Source: Chrysemys picta bellii (Eukaryota). Taken from it: a stretch of DNA of 64,000 nucleotides. Positions 1 to 54,950 of this stretch are shown here, in pieces. A model generated the notes under the pieces. The model saw only the letters and a program-made list of their open reading frames with translations, ran no database searches and was not told where the DNA came from. The translations under genes were made by a program, and so were the position numbers. Position 1 is the stretch's first letter. The number at the start of each line of letters is the position of its first letter. The DNA lies in NCBI RefSeq assembly GCF_011386835.1, contig NC_088796.1, positions 38,998,001 through 39,062,000 on the forward strand, given 5' to 3'.

Positions 1-32
1 TAAGACAAATATACCAACTCCTGAAAAGAATG

Positions 33-885
33 TGTAGGAGTACCTGGCCGTCCTGCTCTGTCAATCTCTAAGGGAGTCCATGCCTCCTAGCTGTCACACA
101 CTTAGAACAATAATTTGTAAAAGGGGGAAACTAGCTGTCTCTAGAGCTTTGGCCTTCTGGGTTGAACAGTATTTTGTCATCGGGGCTCAGGCCCTCAAGC
201 AGGGCGATGCACCCAAATAGTACAAGGGACTCTGGCCCTCAGGCCGGGCAGAACAGTGAATAATCTAGGGGCCCAGGCCCTCAGGTAGGGCAGAGCAATA
301 AAGGGTTTAGGGTCCTAGCTCTGGCAGATGGTAGACTAACACAGGTCTCCTGGCTTAAGGTGGGGAAGCTGCCACCCCAGAGATGGGGTAGTAGGAGGAC
401 CTGGGCCCACCATACTTCACCGGGTCCCAGCCCTGGGTCCGAACAGTGGCGGACTGTTCTGCCACTAGGTCGGCAGGGATCCGGCCGCAACACGTTGGCC
501 TGGGTTCAGGCAGCAAAGCAGCTGGACTATTGTTGGCTGTTCCTGGGCTACTTCCTACCCTCCCTTTGGGGTGTACCTAAATCCTGGGATCATCTTCCAT
601 CTCCCCAGGGTACACCACCAGTGGCAATCCCGGTAGCTCTGGTAAGTCTTCGGGACAGTGGTGGTTTTCTGCACGCTCCTGCTCCAGCAGCAGGTTGGAA
701 GTATATGTCTTCCTCAGCAGCTCCAGCTCAACTGAGCTGCAGGGCCCACCTTTTGTAGTTCCTGTTCCTGTCCCGCCCCTCAGCTTCTGGTGGAGTGGGC
801 ATGGCCTTCCAAGTTCCACCCACCAGGGGGCATATGGCCATTCCTCCCTGTCAATCTCTGAGGGAGGCAATCCCTCCTCACTACA
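33..885. mobile_element. Solo LTR-like element (853 bp)
   Basis: Starts TGTAG, ends CTACA; perfect 5-bp TSD GAATG at 28-32 and 886-890; GC-rich with internal GGCCCAGGCCCTCAG-like repeats; no credible coding capacity. Confidence 0.75.
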
Positions 886-989
886 GAATGGAATACCTGA
901 TTATAGTTGTAACATGTATGCGAGAGAGACATGTGAATAAGACAGACAATTGTGTATTTAAAGATTCTTGACTAGATGAAAATGCATAA

Positions 990-30818
<29,829 letters not shown>

Positions 30819-31368
30819 AATGGGCCTCTGCTGCTAATGGATCCCCCGAACCCTTACTGCTGTAACATACAGTTGTTATGAGATGGTGGCTGTAAGAACT
30901 CAACTACTTGAAAGCATAAAAACTTTTGAAGTCTCTGTGGAAATGTCCAGTTTCTCCTTCACCTGAATGACATTTTCAGTTTTGTGTGAAACACTTCAAT
31001 GATGTCTCCAGAATGCTTCTAGACCAGACAGCACAGCACAACCATGCAGGGTTCAGAGCTGTGAAGCACTTTGTTGAAAAATTTTCATTTATTCAAATTG
31101 TGAATTTTATGTTTTGGAAATCTTTGCCATTTTTTTTTAATAATGAAGTAAAACTGTGGACTTGAAAAACTTCACTATTTCCTTTTAATGATGTCCAATT
31201 TTGTTACAAAGACCAGCTGTTCAGTTTTAAATTGTGTTTGCGTGCATGCACACCTCATCAGTGATTGTACATAACTTCTCTTCTAGAGATAGCTGTGCTA
31301 ACCTATTCCCATTCTGTGCCTTGATGAAGGCTACTTGATCCTAAATGTCCTTTCTGAAGCACAGCCTT

Positions 31369-32435
31369 AATAAATGACATTCCTTATTTGTCAATGTAAA
31401 TTACTTTTATTGTGTGTACATCTTTAATGTGTGTGAGCCTTTTTTTTTTTCCGGTGACTAGTTCATTTCACAGGATGTACAACAGCTGGACATTCCATCC
31501 TCGTAGAAATCTGGAATCATGATTTATTTGAATACCATAAAGAATGGTTATAAAATGCTAATGTTTTCTTTGTAAAGAACAATATAAATTAGTTGATGTA
31601 TAATAAAAGGTAACATTTAAGTATGGAGGAGAGTTGTATGTTAGAATAATACAGATATACAGTATGTGTATAAGTGTGATAAATGCTGTCTAGAATAAAG
31701 GTGCAATCTGATCTCTACGTATGGGTAGGAGGACTATAAAAGTTCAGGGATCCAGTGAATAGCATAAACACAATACCTTTTCACATACTAGCATGACAAC
31801 TTACATGTGCATTAACTGTAGTTTGCAGATAGTTTGTATGGAGTAGTACTGTTGCTTTAAAGAAAGTAGCTAATGCATATTTTTCCCTTTGTACAGTGCC
31901 AGCAGCTGAAAAGTGGGGTGAATCTATCATTTTGGATTTGCACAATAGGCTGCACAAACTCTACATAGTACGATATAAATCCCACAGGTACCTGAAGTCT
32001 CACAAATAGCACCATACGTATCCAGCACTTTTTAGTTGATGGCACTTGAGTTATTTTTGCCAGTCAGTGTCCAAAAGAAGGGGGGGAAAAAAAACAAAAA
32101 CCTTTTATGTAAGAACTTTTTGTCAAACAATTTTAGCCCTCTGAGTTCTCCCTGTTTCCAGGACCGATTCCAAGAGTTAATATCAGCAGACCCTAGGAAT
32201 GGTTTTAAACTTGTTTTTTGGAACACAAGCCCATTTATGCCGGGACTGAAGGGAAATAAAGGGAAGGCAATGAAAAGAGAGCTAAATGAGCCAGAGATTC
32301 TCAGCATTTAATGTTTGTAACTCCCATAGGAAGGTAGGCTATGGGAGACCTTTGTTGCATCATGGTAAAAAGCTCCTATCTGTAAACATGAAAGCTGAAA
32401 AAGCAATGTAGATTTTACACAATGTGTTTAATAAA
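31369..32435 (+). terminator. Candidate KIF2A polyadenylation signals (AATAAA at 31369, 31604, 31694, 32430)
   Basis: Hexamers in the AT-rich region downstream of the stop; which are used is unknown. Confidence 0.45.
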
Positions 32436-34539
32436 TTAAACAATGAAACATCAATTAGAGATGAGAATTTACTTCTATGAAACTTGCATTTGCTTTGGGA
32501 AGGAATTTACTTTGTGATCACATCTATTGAAATTAGATGTATCTGATTTTTTAAAAAAAATCATACTTAAAAGGCACATGGTGCTAGAATGGGTGTTTGT
32601 TTTATTGTAATAACCATCCTGTACAGACTTGTATTGTTTCACTGACTTCAGTCCTTAAACAGCTATATCAAAATGTACTGATCTTTCACTGCATTCATCT
32701 AAGAATGCAATCCATCAAAAAATTAAAAGGAAATTTTATTAGATAACTAAGTAAAACTAGCAAAAGTGTTTCTGTTCATAGTAACTGATGTAGGTTAAAA
32801 GAATTTCCTGCTTCTTAAATCAAAAGCTTTAATTAAAATGATCTGAATTGCTAAGTCTAAATCTCACTTTTCCTTAAGGTTTGAGCCATATCATGTAGAA
32901 GATTTATATACAAGAAGTCAAGATAATGTGGGAGGTGGTCCTTTAGCAAGTCACAACCTTTTTGTCTACCTGTAAAGAGTCTTGCAATACATATAGTGCT
33001 TTAAGATCCTCTGAAATGTGTAATCTAAATGTGATTCATTATGGATTACTGCATCAAACTGCAAATTAAGAATGGTAGATGCTATTCAGATTGTTGTAAA
33101 TTTCATGAGAAACTGTGCAGCTAGTTTAAGTATGAATCTGCTGTATTTTAGATAATATGCCTGCTCCTATCCATGTCCAATTTTTAAAATAATTCTATGT
33201 AAAACACATTTTACTTTCATCACTGCTGATGAGAAATATTATTCTTAGCTAAATGTTTCACTGACTAGTTCTTGTCTCCCACACTAGGCCTCATATCACA
33301 AAAGAAATCATGTGGGAAAGGAATAATGGAAAGGAAAGAAGTATGATCACTTATGTATTTCCACTTTAGGGAGTAGCTTCTTAGGAACATTCTGCTATAA
33401 TGGACAGCCAGTGAGATCTTTGTGGTAAACATATTCTCCAAAAGGTGATACACTTAGGGCAAGAGTTCAAGTGGATGTTTATAGTAAGAAATCAGGACAC
33501 TTGCTGATCTGAGGTTTTAAAAGAGTAGGATACCACACCAATTAAGGCCAATTGTCTCAGCTTACATAGAGGGAAGTTAGAGAATACAGTCTAAATCCTA
33601 CCAAACTGTGTGAGATAAAACCTTAGTTTTTACGGGCACTTCCCCCTCCCTGCCAAAACAAAGGGGACCAGTGCTGCTGCTACTCCAGTCAGCTACTGGC
33701 TGCAGAGTGGTTTGTCAAGCTAGGCTTTGCTAGTTTTGTATAGATTGCTTATTTTCTGCATGCTGGGAGAAGAGGGCTGTTGTGCTAGCCTAAGGTGAAT
33801 AAAAGCTCTCTTGTCCAGACTCTGAAGCAATACTTACTTATAGAACCTTATGATAGAGAATGACATGCTTGTTCCTTGTAAGATGCTATTCCAGGCCTGA
33901 AACATCTCCAGCTGTTGCATTTACAGATTTTGCACTTAAGGCCATCAACCACCTCCTCATTGGCAGGGGGAAAAGGGTGTTATAGAATCTGTGTTCCAAG
34001 GCTGATCTAGCTTTGCCTATCACTGCTCTAAGCATAGGCAATTAGCACAAGAGCATTTACTCTATCTTTAACTGCTACTTAATGGTGTGACCCTGTAGCC
34101 CTCAACCTATAATTCACACTACGAACAAAGACTCAGTTTTAGAACTAGGAAATGTTAAATATTAAAATACTTTTGGAACATTTTGTAAGTTTCATTAACA
34201 AAAATGGAATAATGCAGCTAGCATTGTAACAAAGCTTACTGCCTATATTCAATGTTAAGAATTTAAAGGGAGATGTAAGGGGGAAAATTATGCAAGAAAC
34301 CGCCTCTCCTGCTTGCCTGGAATAGTAATCTGGTAATATCATCTGATAGCACTCTTCAGTACTGTACAACTGCCTACAATTTTGAGATAAATATTGAAGT
34401 ATAGGGATCTCTATTGAGATTAGATGTACACAGCTTATAGTATTTAATGTATGCAGTTTAAGGGAAAAGCCAGTGCAGTTACTGCACATCCTAGAGTTAC
34501 TTGTGTAAGAAAGAGGCATGGACAGTGTGGTGATTTCTG

Positions 34540-34640
34540 TTCCCAGCTCTGCCACTGACATTTAACCTGTGCTCCTCAGTTACAATCTGTGAAATAAGAG
34601 AATACTGCTTACCCAGCCCTGTAAAGCACTTTGATGTCTA
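34540..34640 (+). mobile_element. Old MIR/CORE-SINE-like remnant
   Basis: TTCCCAGCTCTGCCACTGAC...CCTCAGTT...ATCTGTGAAAT...TGTAAAGCACTTTGA. Confidence 0.4.
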
Positions 34641-35063
34641 TAACAGATGGAGTACTTAAGTGTACAGTATGGTTAAGGCAGTTTAAAGGCACCATACAAT
34701 GTTTGTCAAACTGCATTGTTACAGAAAATTTTTATGTGAAAATGGTAGTATCATATTCTTCCCTGCCTCTGAATGCAATTCAGGGTCTAGCAGTAAGATG
34801 TAACTACAGCTGAAAACAAGTTTGGATATTTAAGAGGACTGTACCAGGCAAAAGAACTGTTCTGTCTTTTTAAAGCCTACCATGCTCTTGCTAGCAGGTT
34901 GCACAGCCAACGTGCCCAAGAGTGTTAACTGCCCCTACATCTAGAACATATACAGTGGTGATCTGCTCATTCTAGCAGCAATTTCTCCAATAGTCCAGGG
35001 CCTATGGTAGCTACCAGAAAGGAAAGGTTAAAGAGATGCATACTTTGTTTTTTTTTTAATTAA

Positions 35064-35069
35064 TTTATT
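35064..35069 (-). terminator. Candidate DIMT1 polyadenylation signal
   Basis: AATAAA on the minus strand about 430 nt past the stop codon. Confidence 0.35.
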
Positions 35070-35496
35070 CTAAACTCTGATGAATTGGTATCATGTCACC
35101 AATCTACAAATAGTTCTGTGGTGGCCAAACAAACAAAGGTTTGAGTTCCATTCTGAATGTTGTAATGGCAGGAGAAGGTGCAAAGTCAGGGAGGGAAGGG
35201 TTTAATTTGGGGCTTTTGGAGCCACTTCATAGCATAGGGTACATTTAAAAAGTGCTCTGAGGGGGAAAAAAGGCACAGCTTTAGTCTTGACAGTTACAAT
35301 TTTAAAATGCAACACAGCACCTTTACAGCTATTGTCTTCAAACAAGTACTTCTGAGCAATTATTGCAGAATAGTCATATGAACTTTGTATGCTGGTGATT
35401 GCTCTCAACATGAGAGGTCTTCCTCCTACAAACACCTTCGTTGATGTCACATTTCAGTTCGCCCCAGAGAATGTAAAATGCTCCCTGTTCAGCCAT

Positions 35497-47393
<11,897 letters not shown>

Positions 47394-47529
47394 GGCAGCG
47401 GCCGGCGAGCCCCGGAGACGCGCACACTAGTCGCACGCACACCCCACAACACAGAAGGAGGAAGCCGGGATAGTATTGTCGCGTTTGGATGACGTAAGTA
47501 GTACGCGCCGGGGGGTGGGGGGGTGGGGC

Positions 47530-47626
47530 GCGTGTCTGCTCTAGCTGGAGCCGAATGGTCCCGGCTAGTGGCGCGAGCTTCGGAAGAGGTGGGGGTCGCG
47601 TCACGTGCAGCGGCTCTGACCCAACG
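47530..47626 (+). other. IPO11: Probable non-coding first exon of importin-11 (5' start approximate)
   Basis: Donor ACG|gtgagc at 47627; KIF2A-DIMT1-IPO11 synteny with head-to-head DIMT1/IPO11 is known from mammals; no IPO11 coding exon (MDLNSAS...) found in the window. Confidence 0.55.
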
Positions 47627-48029
47627 GTGAGCACGGGCCCCGGGCGCTGAGGGGTGGCTGGTCGGGCTGGGGACTGTGTGTGGCGGGGGCAGCGGGACTC
47701 ACCTGTGCCAGCGCCCAGAGCGGGGGAGCGGCCCCGAGTGTGAGCGAACGCCCCAGCCGCCGCCCGTGCAGCCGGACTGCGGGCAGCCGGGCCGGTAGGG
47801 CCCCAGCACCGCGCCGTGCGGGAGAGGCGGCCTCGGGACACTTGGACCAGGGACCTCAATGTGCATCGTGTGAAAAGTCCCGAGAGATCGCTAAAGTCCA
47901 CATCGAGGGGATCGCCCGTTAGTTACCTCGCCCTCCTGCCCAGCAGTACAGCGAGTTTATCCCCCGTGGAAGCAGGTAGGATAAAGGATCAGACTTGCAC
48001 CTCGGCAGGGATAATTAGCGGAACAGAGG

Positions 48030-48330
48030 AGGATGTTAGAGGAGGTGAGGTCCGAGACTTGGATGTGTTTATTGTGGGGCCCTTAAAGGGAGCACAACCT
48101 TTACAAAAATGGATGTGGTGATTAGTGGGGAGCCAGTGCAAGGATTCCAAGGGCATGTGTGAGATGCTCATGTCAGACCAAGAACATGCCTTCAGTTGCA
48201 GTGTTTTGCATGGAGAGGAGATGTGAGTGCTGCATAGGGCAGAGGAAAGGTGACAACAATCAGAATGGGGGCTAATCAGGGCGTGGAGGAAGGTTTCGGC
48301 TCTTAAAACAGAGAGGATCAGATTTGTTCT
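48030..48330 (-). mobile_element. L2 LINE remnant
   Basis: Minus-strand peptide SHMPLESLHWLPTNHHIHF contains the LHWLP motif of the L2-type ORF2 C-terminus. Confidence 0.6.
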
Positions 48331-48399
48331 CTGTGTTGTGGAAGAAAAAATAAGAATTGTTTGTAACATAGGTTGATGGGGAGAAGCAAGGAGAAAAGT

Positions 48400-48545
48400 G
48401 AAAGAAACTTCCCCTTTGTGCAGGTTATTCCATAATTTTCCATTACATGGTTTTTTGCACCTTCCTCTGAAGTAGTTGGTACTGTTCAGGGTCAGAGACA
48501 AGATATGGGATCACTCTGATATAGTATGGCATTTGCTGTTCTAAG
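48400..48545 (+). mobile_element. CR1 3' end fragment
   Basis: TTGCACCTTCCTCTGAAG...GGTACTG...CAGAGACAAGATA...AGTATGGCA. Confidence 0.55.
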
Positions 48546-48575
48546 TGCAGAGAAGACCGTTCAGGATTATTCTTA

Positions 48576-48864
48576 GTCTTTGTCTACACTGGCACTTCGC
48601 CCACAAGACTTTTGTCTTTCAGGAATGTTAAAAACACCTTCCCTCCCCTCCCCCGAATGACAAAAGTTTTACCGACAAAAAGCACTGGTGTGAACAACTG
48701 TGAACACAGCCACTGCTGCTCCTGGGTGTGTGTGTGTGTGTGAGTTTTTTGTTGGCAGGCGAGCTCTCTCCTGTTGACAAATAGCAGCTACACTGTGTGC
48801 CTTTTAGTGGCACGGCTGTAGCGGCATGGCCGTGTCTCTAAAAGCTCGTAGTGTAGCCATAGCC
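48576..48864. mobile_element. Harbinger-type MITE (289 bp)
   Basis: TIR GTCTTTGTCTACACT / AGTGTAGCCATAGCC; 3-bp TSD TTA. Confidence 0.75.
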
Positions 48865-49439
48865 TTAGCAAGTCTTGTATTGTACAGACATATCAAAGTA
48901 CTTCCTTTTGATGTGGAGGAGAAAGTGGGCTATTATCCATTTCTCCAACCCCATAGTTTTCTTCTGGCTTCTTGTTAGGGAAACTGGAAGGACTGAGGTA
49001 TTAGCTCCATATTTCTTCACATGCTGTGCTTTTCTCACTTTAGGTTATTTCCCTCTTCCTCCAGAATCAGCCTTCCAGTTAGAGAATTGCCATCTTTTCT
49101 TAGAGGTCTTTGAAAAAGCAGGATTTGGGACCCATTCACAACACCATTTTTCACCAGAACTGGAGAAAGGACTGTCACAGTAGTGGTGAGTTACTTTTCC
49201 CTCTTCTAATCTTATTAGAAAATAACCTTAGTATATGTGGTATGTAATAATCCCACCTTTTCCATGGTATGTATTGGATGGTATCTTGGCTTCTCTGAAA
49301 ATTAAGAGACTGACAGCCACATTGCTTTTGCAAGCCTTTGGATCAAATGCTCATTATGGGTATATGTTAGCCCTCATCTCCAAATGATACTGTAATCTGC
49401 TACAGCATAAACCATGACAGTCATTATAAGAAAGGGTTA

Positions 49440-50110
49440 TTTCATATGGGTGATTACTATAATCCCCAGATCCTTTTCTGCAGTACTAGTTCCTAACTAG
49501 TTATTTCCCATTTTGTATTTGTGCATTATTTGATTTTCCCCTTCATAAGAGTAATACTTTGCACTTGTCTTTATTGAATTTCATCTTGTTGTTTTCAGAC
49601 CAGTTCTCTAAATTATCCAGATCATTTTGAATTCTGATCTTGTCCTCCAAACTGATTGCAATCCCTCCCAGCTTGGTGTCATTGGCAATTTTTATAAGAA
49701 CATTTTCCCTCCCAGTTTCCAAGTAATTAATGAAAATATTTAATAGTACTGGACCCTGGACAGACCCCTGTGAAACCTTACTAGAGCCTCTCGTTTTGAC
49801 AGCAAGCCATGTAAACTACTTTTTTGCTATGATTTTTTAGCCAGTTATGCACCCACTTCATAGTAATTGCGTCTAGATCACATTTCTGTAGTTTGCTTAT
49901 GAGAATGCCATGTGAGACTAAAAAGCCTTATTAAAATCAAGGCATATCATGTCGACTGCTTCTCTTCTATCCAGTAATCCTCTAAAGAAGGAAATTAGGT
50001 TGGGTTGGCATGATTTGTTCTTGACGAATCTATGTTGACTCTTCCGTAATACCATATTAACCTCGAGGTGCTTACAGATTTACTGTTTAATAATTTGTTT
50101 CCGTATCTTT
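49440..50110 (-). mobile_element. CR1 LINE ORF2 (RT) internal fragment
   Basis: Minus strand resembles the CR1 RT segment (GSVxGPVLxNIFIN-like, then KDLGIIV-like); decayed. Confidence 0.75.
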
Positions 50111-50929
50111 TCAATTTATAGAATTATGTCTGTCTTATTGCTTCACTTATTGCTTTGCATTATGTGCATTAAATAACTTTACAAAGCATAGATTGAAGAA
50201 ACAAGGAGGGAATAAAATCTATTTATTAATCGTGGAGGGAGGTGAAAAAGTCAGAGGAGTTTTATACTTGCAAGTTTAAAAATCTAAAACAGATCAAGAA
50301 ATCATGAGTTAAAAAAAATGCATTGACTTCTGACTTTTGAACTCAGTAGGAAGTATTCCTCTCATCCTCCATTGTGCATACCTATATTGGATTGAAAATT
50401 CAAGCTGAAATTTACACTAAATGTATACTTGCAGATTGGAGGGCTTCTCCTTCATTCTGCTTACCAAACTGAGGGAAATTGTTTTTTGTTATCCCAGGCA
50501 TCCTTTGGGCACTTTTCCCTTCTACTTATGCTAGATGCTATTGTCAGTTTCCTCATCAGCTGCCCTCTCCCAGTATTGTCTCCTACCTCCCTCTGGCATC
50601 TTCTCATTCACAATGTCCTCTTATCGTTACAATTTATTATTTGTATTACAGTAATACCCAAAGGCTCCAATCAGGGTTGGGGCTTCACTGTGCTAGGTGC
50701 TGTACAAACATATACTAAGAGACCATTCCTGCCATCAAGATTTTATAGGTAATCTGATTTCGTCTTCTGGGTGTTACCACCAGTCCTGGTCTTCAGACTA
50801 CTGCTTTGTTTCCTTACCCTCGTCTATCCTCTCCTTTGCTCTTCTACCTCTTCTTCCTGACTTGTGAATCACCTCCGCTTCCCTGGTTCTACTTAAGAGC
50901 TGATTTTTGGTTTCTCTTGTTCACTTGAC

Positions 50930-51655
50930 ACAGTCCCACATGACATTATCATAAGCAAACTGGGAAAATATAGTCTACATGAAATTGCTGTAAGTTAAGT
51001 GCACAACTGGTTGAAAGACTACTGAAACAGTAGTTATCGATGGTGGTTGTCAAACTGGGACGAGGTATCAAATGAGGTCCCACAGGGATCTCTCCTTGGT
51101 CCAGTACTATTCAATATTTTCATTAATGACTTGGATAGTGGAATGGAGAGTATGTTAATGAAATTTGTGGATGACTTTGTGTCAAGTTTTGGCCCCCACA
51201 CTTTAAAAAGATGTGAACAAACTGGTGAGAGTCCGGAGGAGAGCAACAAAAATAAGAGGTTTAGAAAACATGACCTATGATAAAAGGTTGAAAGAACTGG
51301 ACATGTTTAGAAAAAGAAGGCTCATGGGGGACATAAGTCTTCAAATATGTAAAAGGTTGTCAGAAAGAGAACAGCCATTAATTGTTCTTCATGTCTACCG
51401 AGGGTAGGACAAAATGTCATCTACATAGTTTGCGCTAAGAAAGATTCAGGTTAGATATTAGGAAAAACATGCTAACTATAAAGATAGTTAAGACCTGGAA
51501 TGGGTTACCAAAAGAGGTTGTGAAGCCCCTGTTGTTGGAGATTTTAAGAACTGGTTAGACAAACATGACAGGAATGGTCTAGGTATACTTAGTTCCATCT
51601 TAGTGTTGGAGGATGGACTAGACTGAGGTTCTTTCAACCTTACATTTCTATGATT
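50930..51655 (+). mobile_element. CR1 LINE RT plus 3' end, internally deleted
   Basis: [33 protein letters not shown]; ends TTCTATGATT. Confidence 0.85.
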
Positions 51656-53040
51656 GATATAAACCTCCTTTAAGAGCATCTCAAAACAGAAGTCTTGTCC
51701 CTCTGTGTTACCTGGAGTTTTGTCAGAATCAGGATGGATGTGAAGATCCTGTCACTTACTATTTCTTACCTATATCTAGTTTCCTTCTTTGCTGAGTTGC
51801 ATGAATTAGATCAGGCAAAAACAATACAATTTTTTTTCTTATTTTTAAACTGAATACTTCTAGAGGTTTTTTGTGTGTGTGTGTTTCAGGTACCAGTAAG
51901 AGTGACATTAGTAATACTTTAGGTAGCAAATTTACTTCTATATATTTTTGCAGAACCAGTAGAAACTTTTGACATACAACATCATTGATGCCACAGTTAG
52001 CAAAGTATAAAATTGTTTTTTTAGAAAAACAGTTTGAGACTCCAGTTGGAAGGAAACACTACTAGAAATATCAAACTCCTCTTGGACTAAGCTGGGGTAT
52101 TTTAAAAGCGTATCTAATCAGTCACAGGCAGAGATGCAAGTTGAAATGTTTGCATGCATATTTGTGTGAAAGTACATACTTTTAATAATGTCTATGAGAG
52201 TGAGGTACAGAATATGTACAAATGACTTCTTGTATGATAGTCACCTGATTTGTATTGGATGGCAAATTAGATGAGAAGTTGCAGTTCAGTATACCAGAAT
52301 GATTTTGGGCTTTAGACGTATTTGAGGTTATTTTAAAAATAGAAGGCACAACAACATGTTCAGTGCTTTCTATTGGGAAAAGGAGTTTCAGTCTCACATC
52401 ATATAATCAGATCAGAAATCCTGAGGACCATACCAGGAACAATGAGTAAAATGGCATTCCTACTAAAGGAGAGATTAGCCCCACTCACTAAATAGAGGTA
52501 CTGAAATGTTGACAGATATTTTTATCAATAGTTCTGAAATTAAAAAAATCGGTAAATATTTAGCTACCTAAGATATAATAACCTCTGTGCACTCTGTCCT
52601 TGCTGAGGATCTATGGGATTACTTATCCAAGTTTCCCAGAATTTGCCAATATTATGCCTCCTAATTATGATTTTATATATGAATGCAGAAACCTGACTGG
52701 CACTTGGTTATTGTGTGTGTATGGGGTGGGGGGGAAGCCTTCTATGTGGACACAACTCAACCATGTTTCTTGTAACTTAGATAAATCATACGCTGGTTAT
52801 TAGATATGGTTGTACTTGTAGTGTAGTGCTTTAGCTTTTATTGGGAAGAATCTGAAAAGCATTGTTCTGGAGCATTCTTCAGTCCATGCCATATCCGGTT
52901 TGCCCACTTACTTGATGAAAAGTACAATAATATTAGGATTTTCAATATTGTTATTGTCAGAGTAGGTGAGAAGATTTTGTTATCTGGGCTGGTAAATTTC
53001 CATAACACTAAAGGCTATTTACTGGCTGATATTTGAAATA

Positions 53041-53226
53041 CACCTCTACCCCGATATAACGCTGTCCTTGGGAGCCAAAAAATCTTACCATGTTATAGGT
53101 GAAACTGCGTTCTATCGAACTTGCTTTGATCCGCCAGAGTGCGCAGCCCCCCCCCTTGAGCGCTGCTTTACCGTGTTATATCCAAATTCATGTTATATCG
53201 GGTCGCGTTATATCGAGGTAGAGGTA
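53041..53226. mobile_element. Tc1/mariner MITE, third copy of the 22979 family
   Basis: CACCTCTACCCCGATATAA...TTATATCGAGGTAGAGGTA; TA flanks. Confidence 0.85.
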
Positions 53227-54950
53227 TACCATTAGTGATGTCCTTTGAGGAGACTGCATGTTCCAGTCTGGAGGATGCAAGTGGAAGTGCAGTCCACTGT
53301 AAAGAAATGTAGGTTGACTGCGTGTTAGCCACAGAAATAAGGTTATGTATTAAGGTTATGTATTAAGGTATCAGCCACCCCATTTTACAAGTAAGAGTAA
53401 TGGAGGTAGTACATGATCCTTTCTAGCAGAGCTGGAAATGGAACCCCGATATGTAATGTATCATAGACCTGTCTATGATACATAGACCTGAGTAAGAGCA
53501 GAATCCAGCCCAAGCTTTGCAGAGGACTTGTGCATTTTGAGAGGATGCCATTAAAAACCCAAAACTGCGACCTGTCTCCAGCAGCTGCCTCAGATCCTAG
53601 GAGATGTCTGCACTGCATCTTTGGCGCACATACTCTGCATTAGAACTACAGTGCTAGCCAGCAGGTGAGGGGCAGGAGGGGATGTTAAACAGTCAGATTC
53701 CAAGAGACCTGAGCAAATGCAAGGAGGATTCTGCATTAGGCAGAAATGACTAGATCCCTTTCCAGCCACTGCCAACTTCAGGGGGCTCCCGTTCCAAATA
53801 CAGCCCCCAGAACTCAAGCCAGCTACAAGTACTTGACTGCTTGTCTCTATGGGCAACTGAGCAGGCAGAAATACACAAGCAGATGGCTGGGGGAGATACA
53901 GACAGATTCCCAACCCCCGCAGGAATGTCAGCCCAAGTGGGAGTCCCAGCCCCTTGTGCAGTGAAAACTCAAGTCACAAACTGGCCTGACTGGTCCTGTC
54001 ACATTCGACCCCAGCCCCCTAGAAAGGACTATTTCAAAACAATTCACTTTTTTGCAGCATTTTTTCTTTGTAACAACAAATAGGAAGAATCTCATTCCAT
54101 AATGTGATTGAAATACACTTTGCCCCACTGCCTCTCTGAAAGAATCTGACAAATATTTGTGCTTGACTACATCTAATCACTACTCTTAACCAGTAGACAC
54201 ACTCCATCCTAGAACTGGGAGAAGAACCTAGGAGTCCTGATTTCCAGCACTTTTCTGATGTTTATTAAATAGTTCCTTAACCCACTCCTAAAGAGTTTGT
54301 TGATTCCTACTTGAAAGGCGATCCACAAAGAGGAAGATCCAGAAGGGGTCCTTAAGGCTGCACATGGTAGAATTCCTGTTTTTCCGTATTCCTTTCTTTC
54401 TTTTTTTTAATAATTGGTTTAATTCATACAGTGAAGAAATTTACTGAGGGCAGGGATATTTCTAGTGGTATTGTAAGTTATGGGAAATAGTAGACATTTT
54501 GAGTAAGGGAAGATTGTGACTATATTAGGAAAGGTAGGAAAAGACAGTTAATAGAATGTAATTAAGTAAATTTAACTTCCTCAAATATACATTCAGAGTT
54601 GCCTGATAAGTCTTAATTATATGGAAAATGTGAGGGCTACAGAGACAGATCACACAATGGAGAGAAAATTCTTAAAGGGCCCATTTTTAATAAATTTTAA
54701 TTCACAAACTGAGTAACAGATTTTGCTAAAAAATCTCTAGAAAATTCATGATGTGCTCTCAGATTCTGTGCTCTAAGCTCAGAGAACATACACAGTGTTG
54801 CGTTACAAAACAAAGAGCTTGAATTCTAGCTTTAAGTGTGAAACTTAACTCCCCTTAATAATAGAAGTGTTACTGTGCCCATCTAGTATCTGGATAGCGT
54901 TTGGATCATTCTAAAAATGAGAGCTTGTAAAAGGGATAATGGTAAAATAA

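Noticed and set aside
47989-48501. 170-aa minus-strand ORF
   Set aside because: Chance fusion of CR1 and L2 remnants
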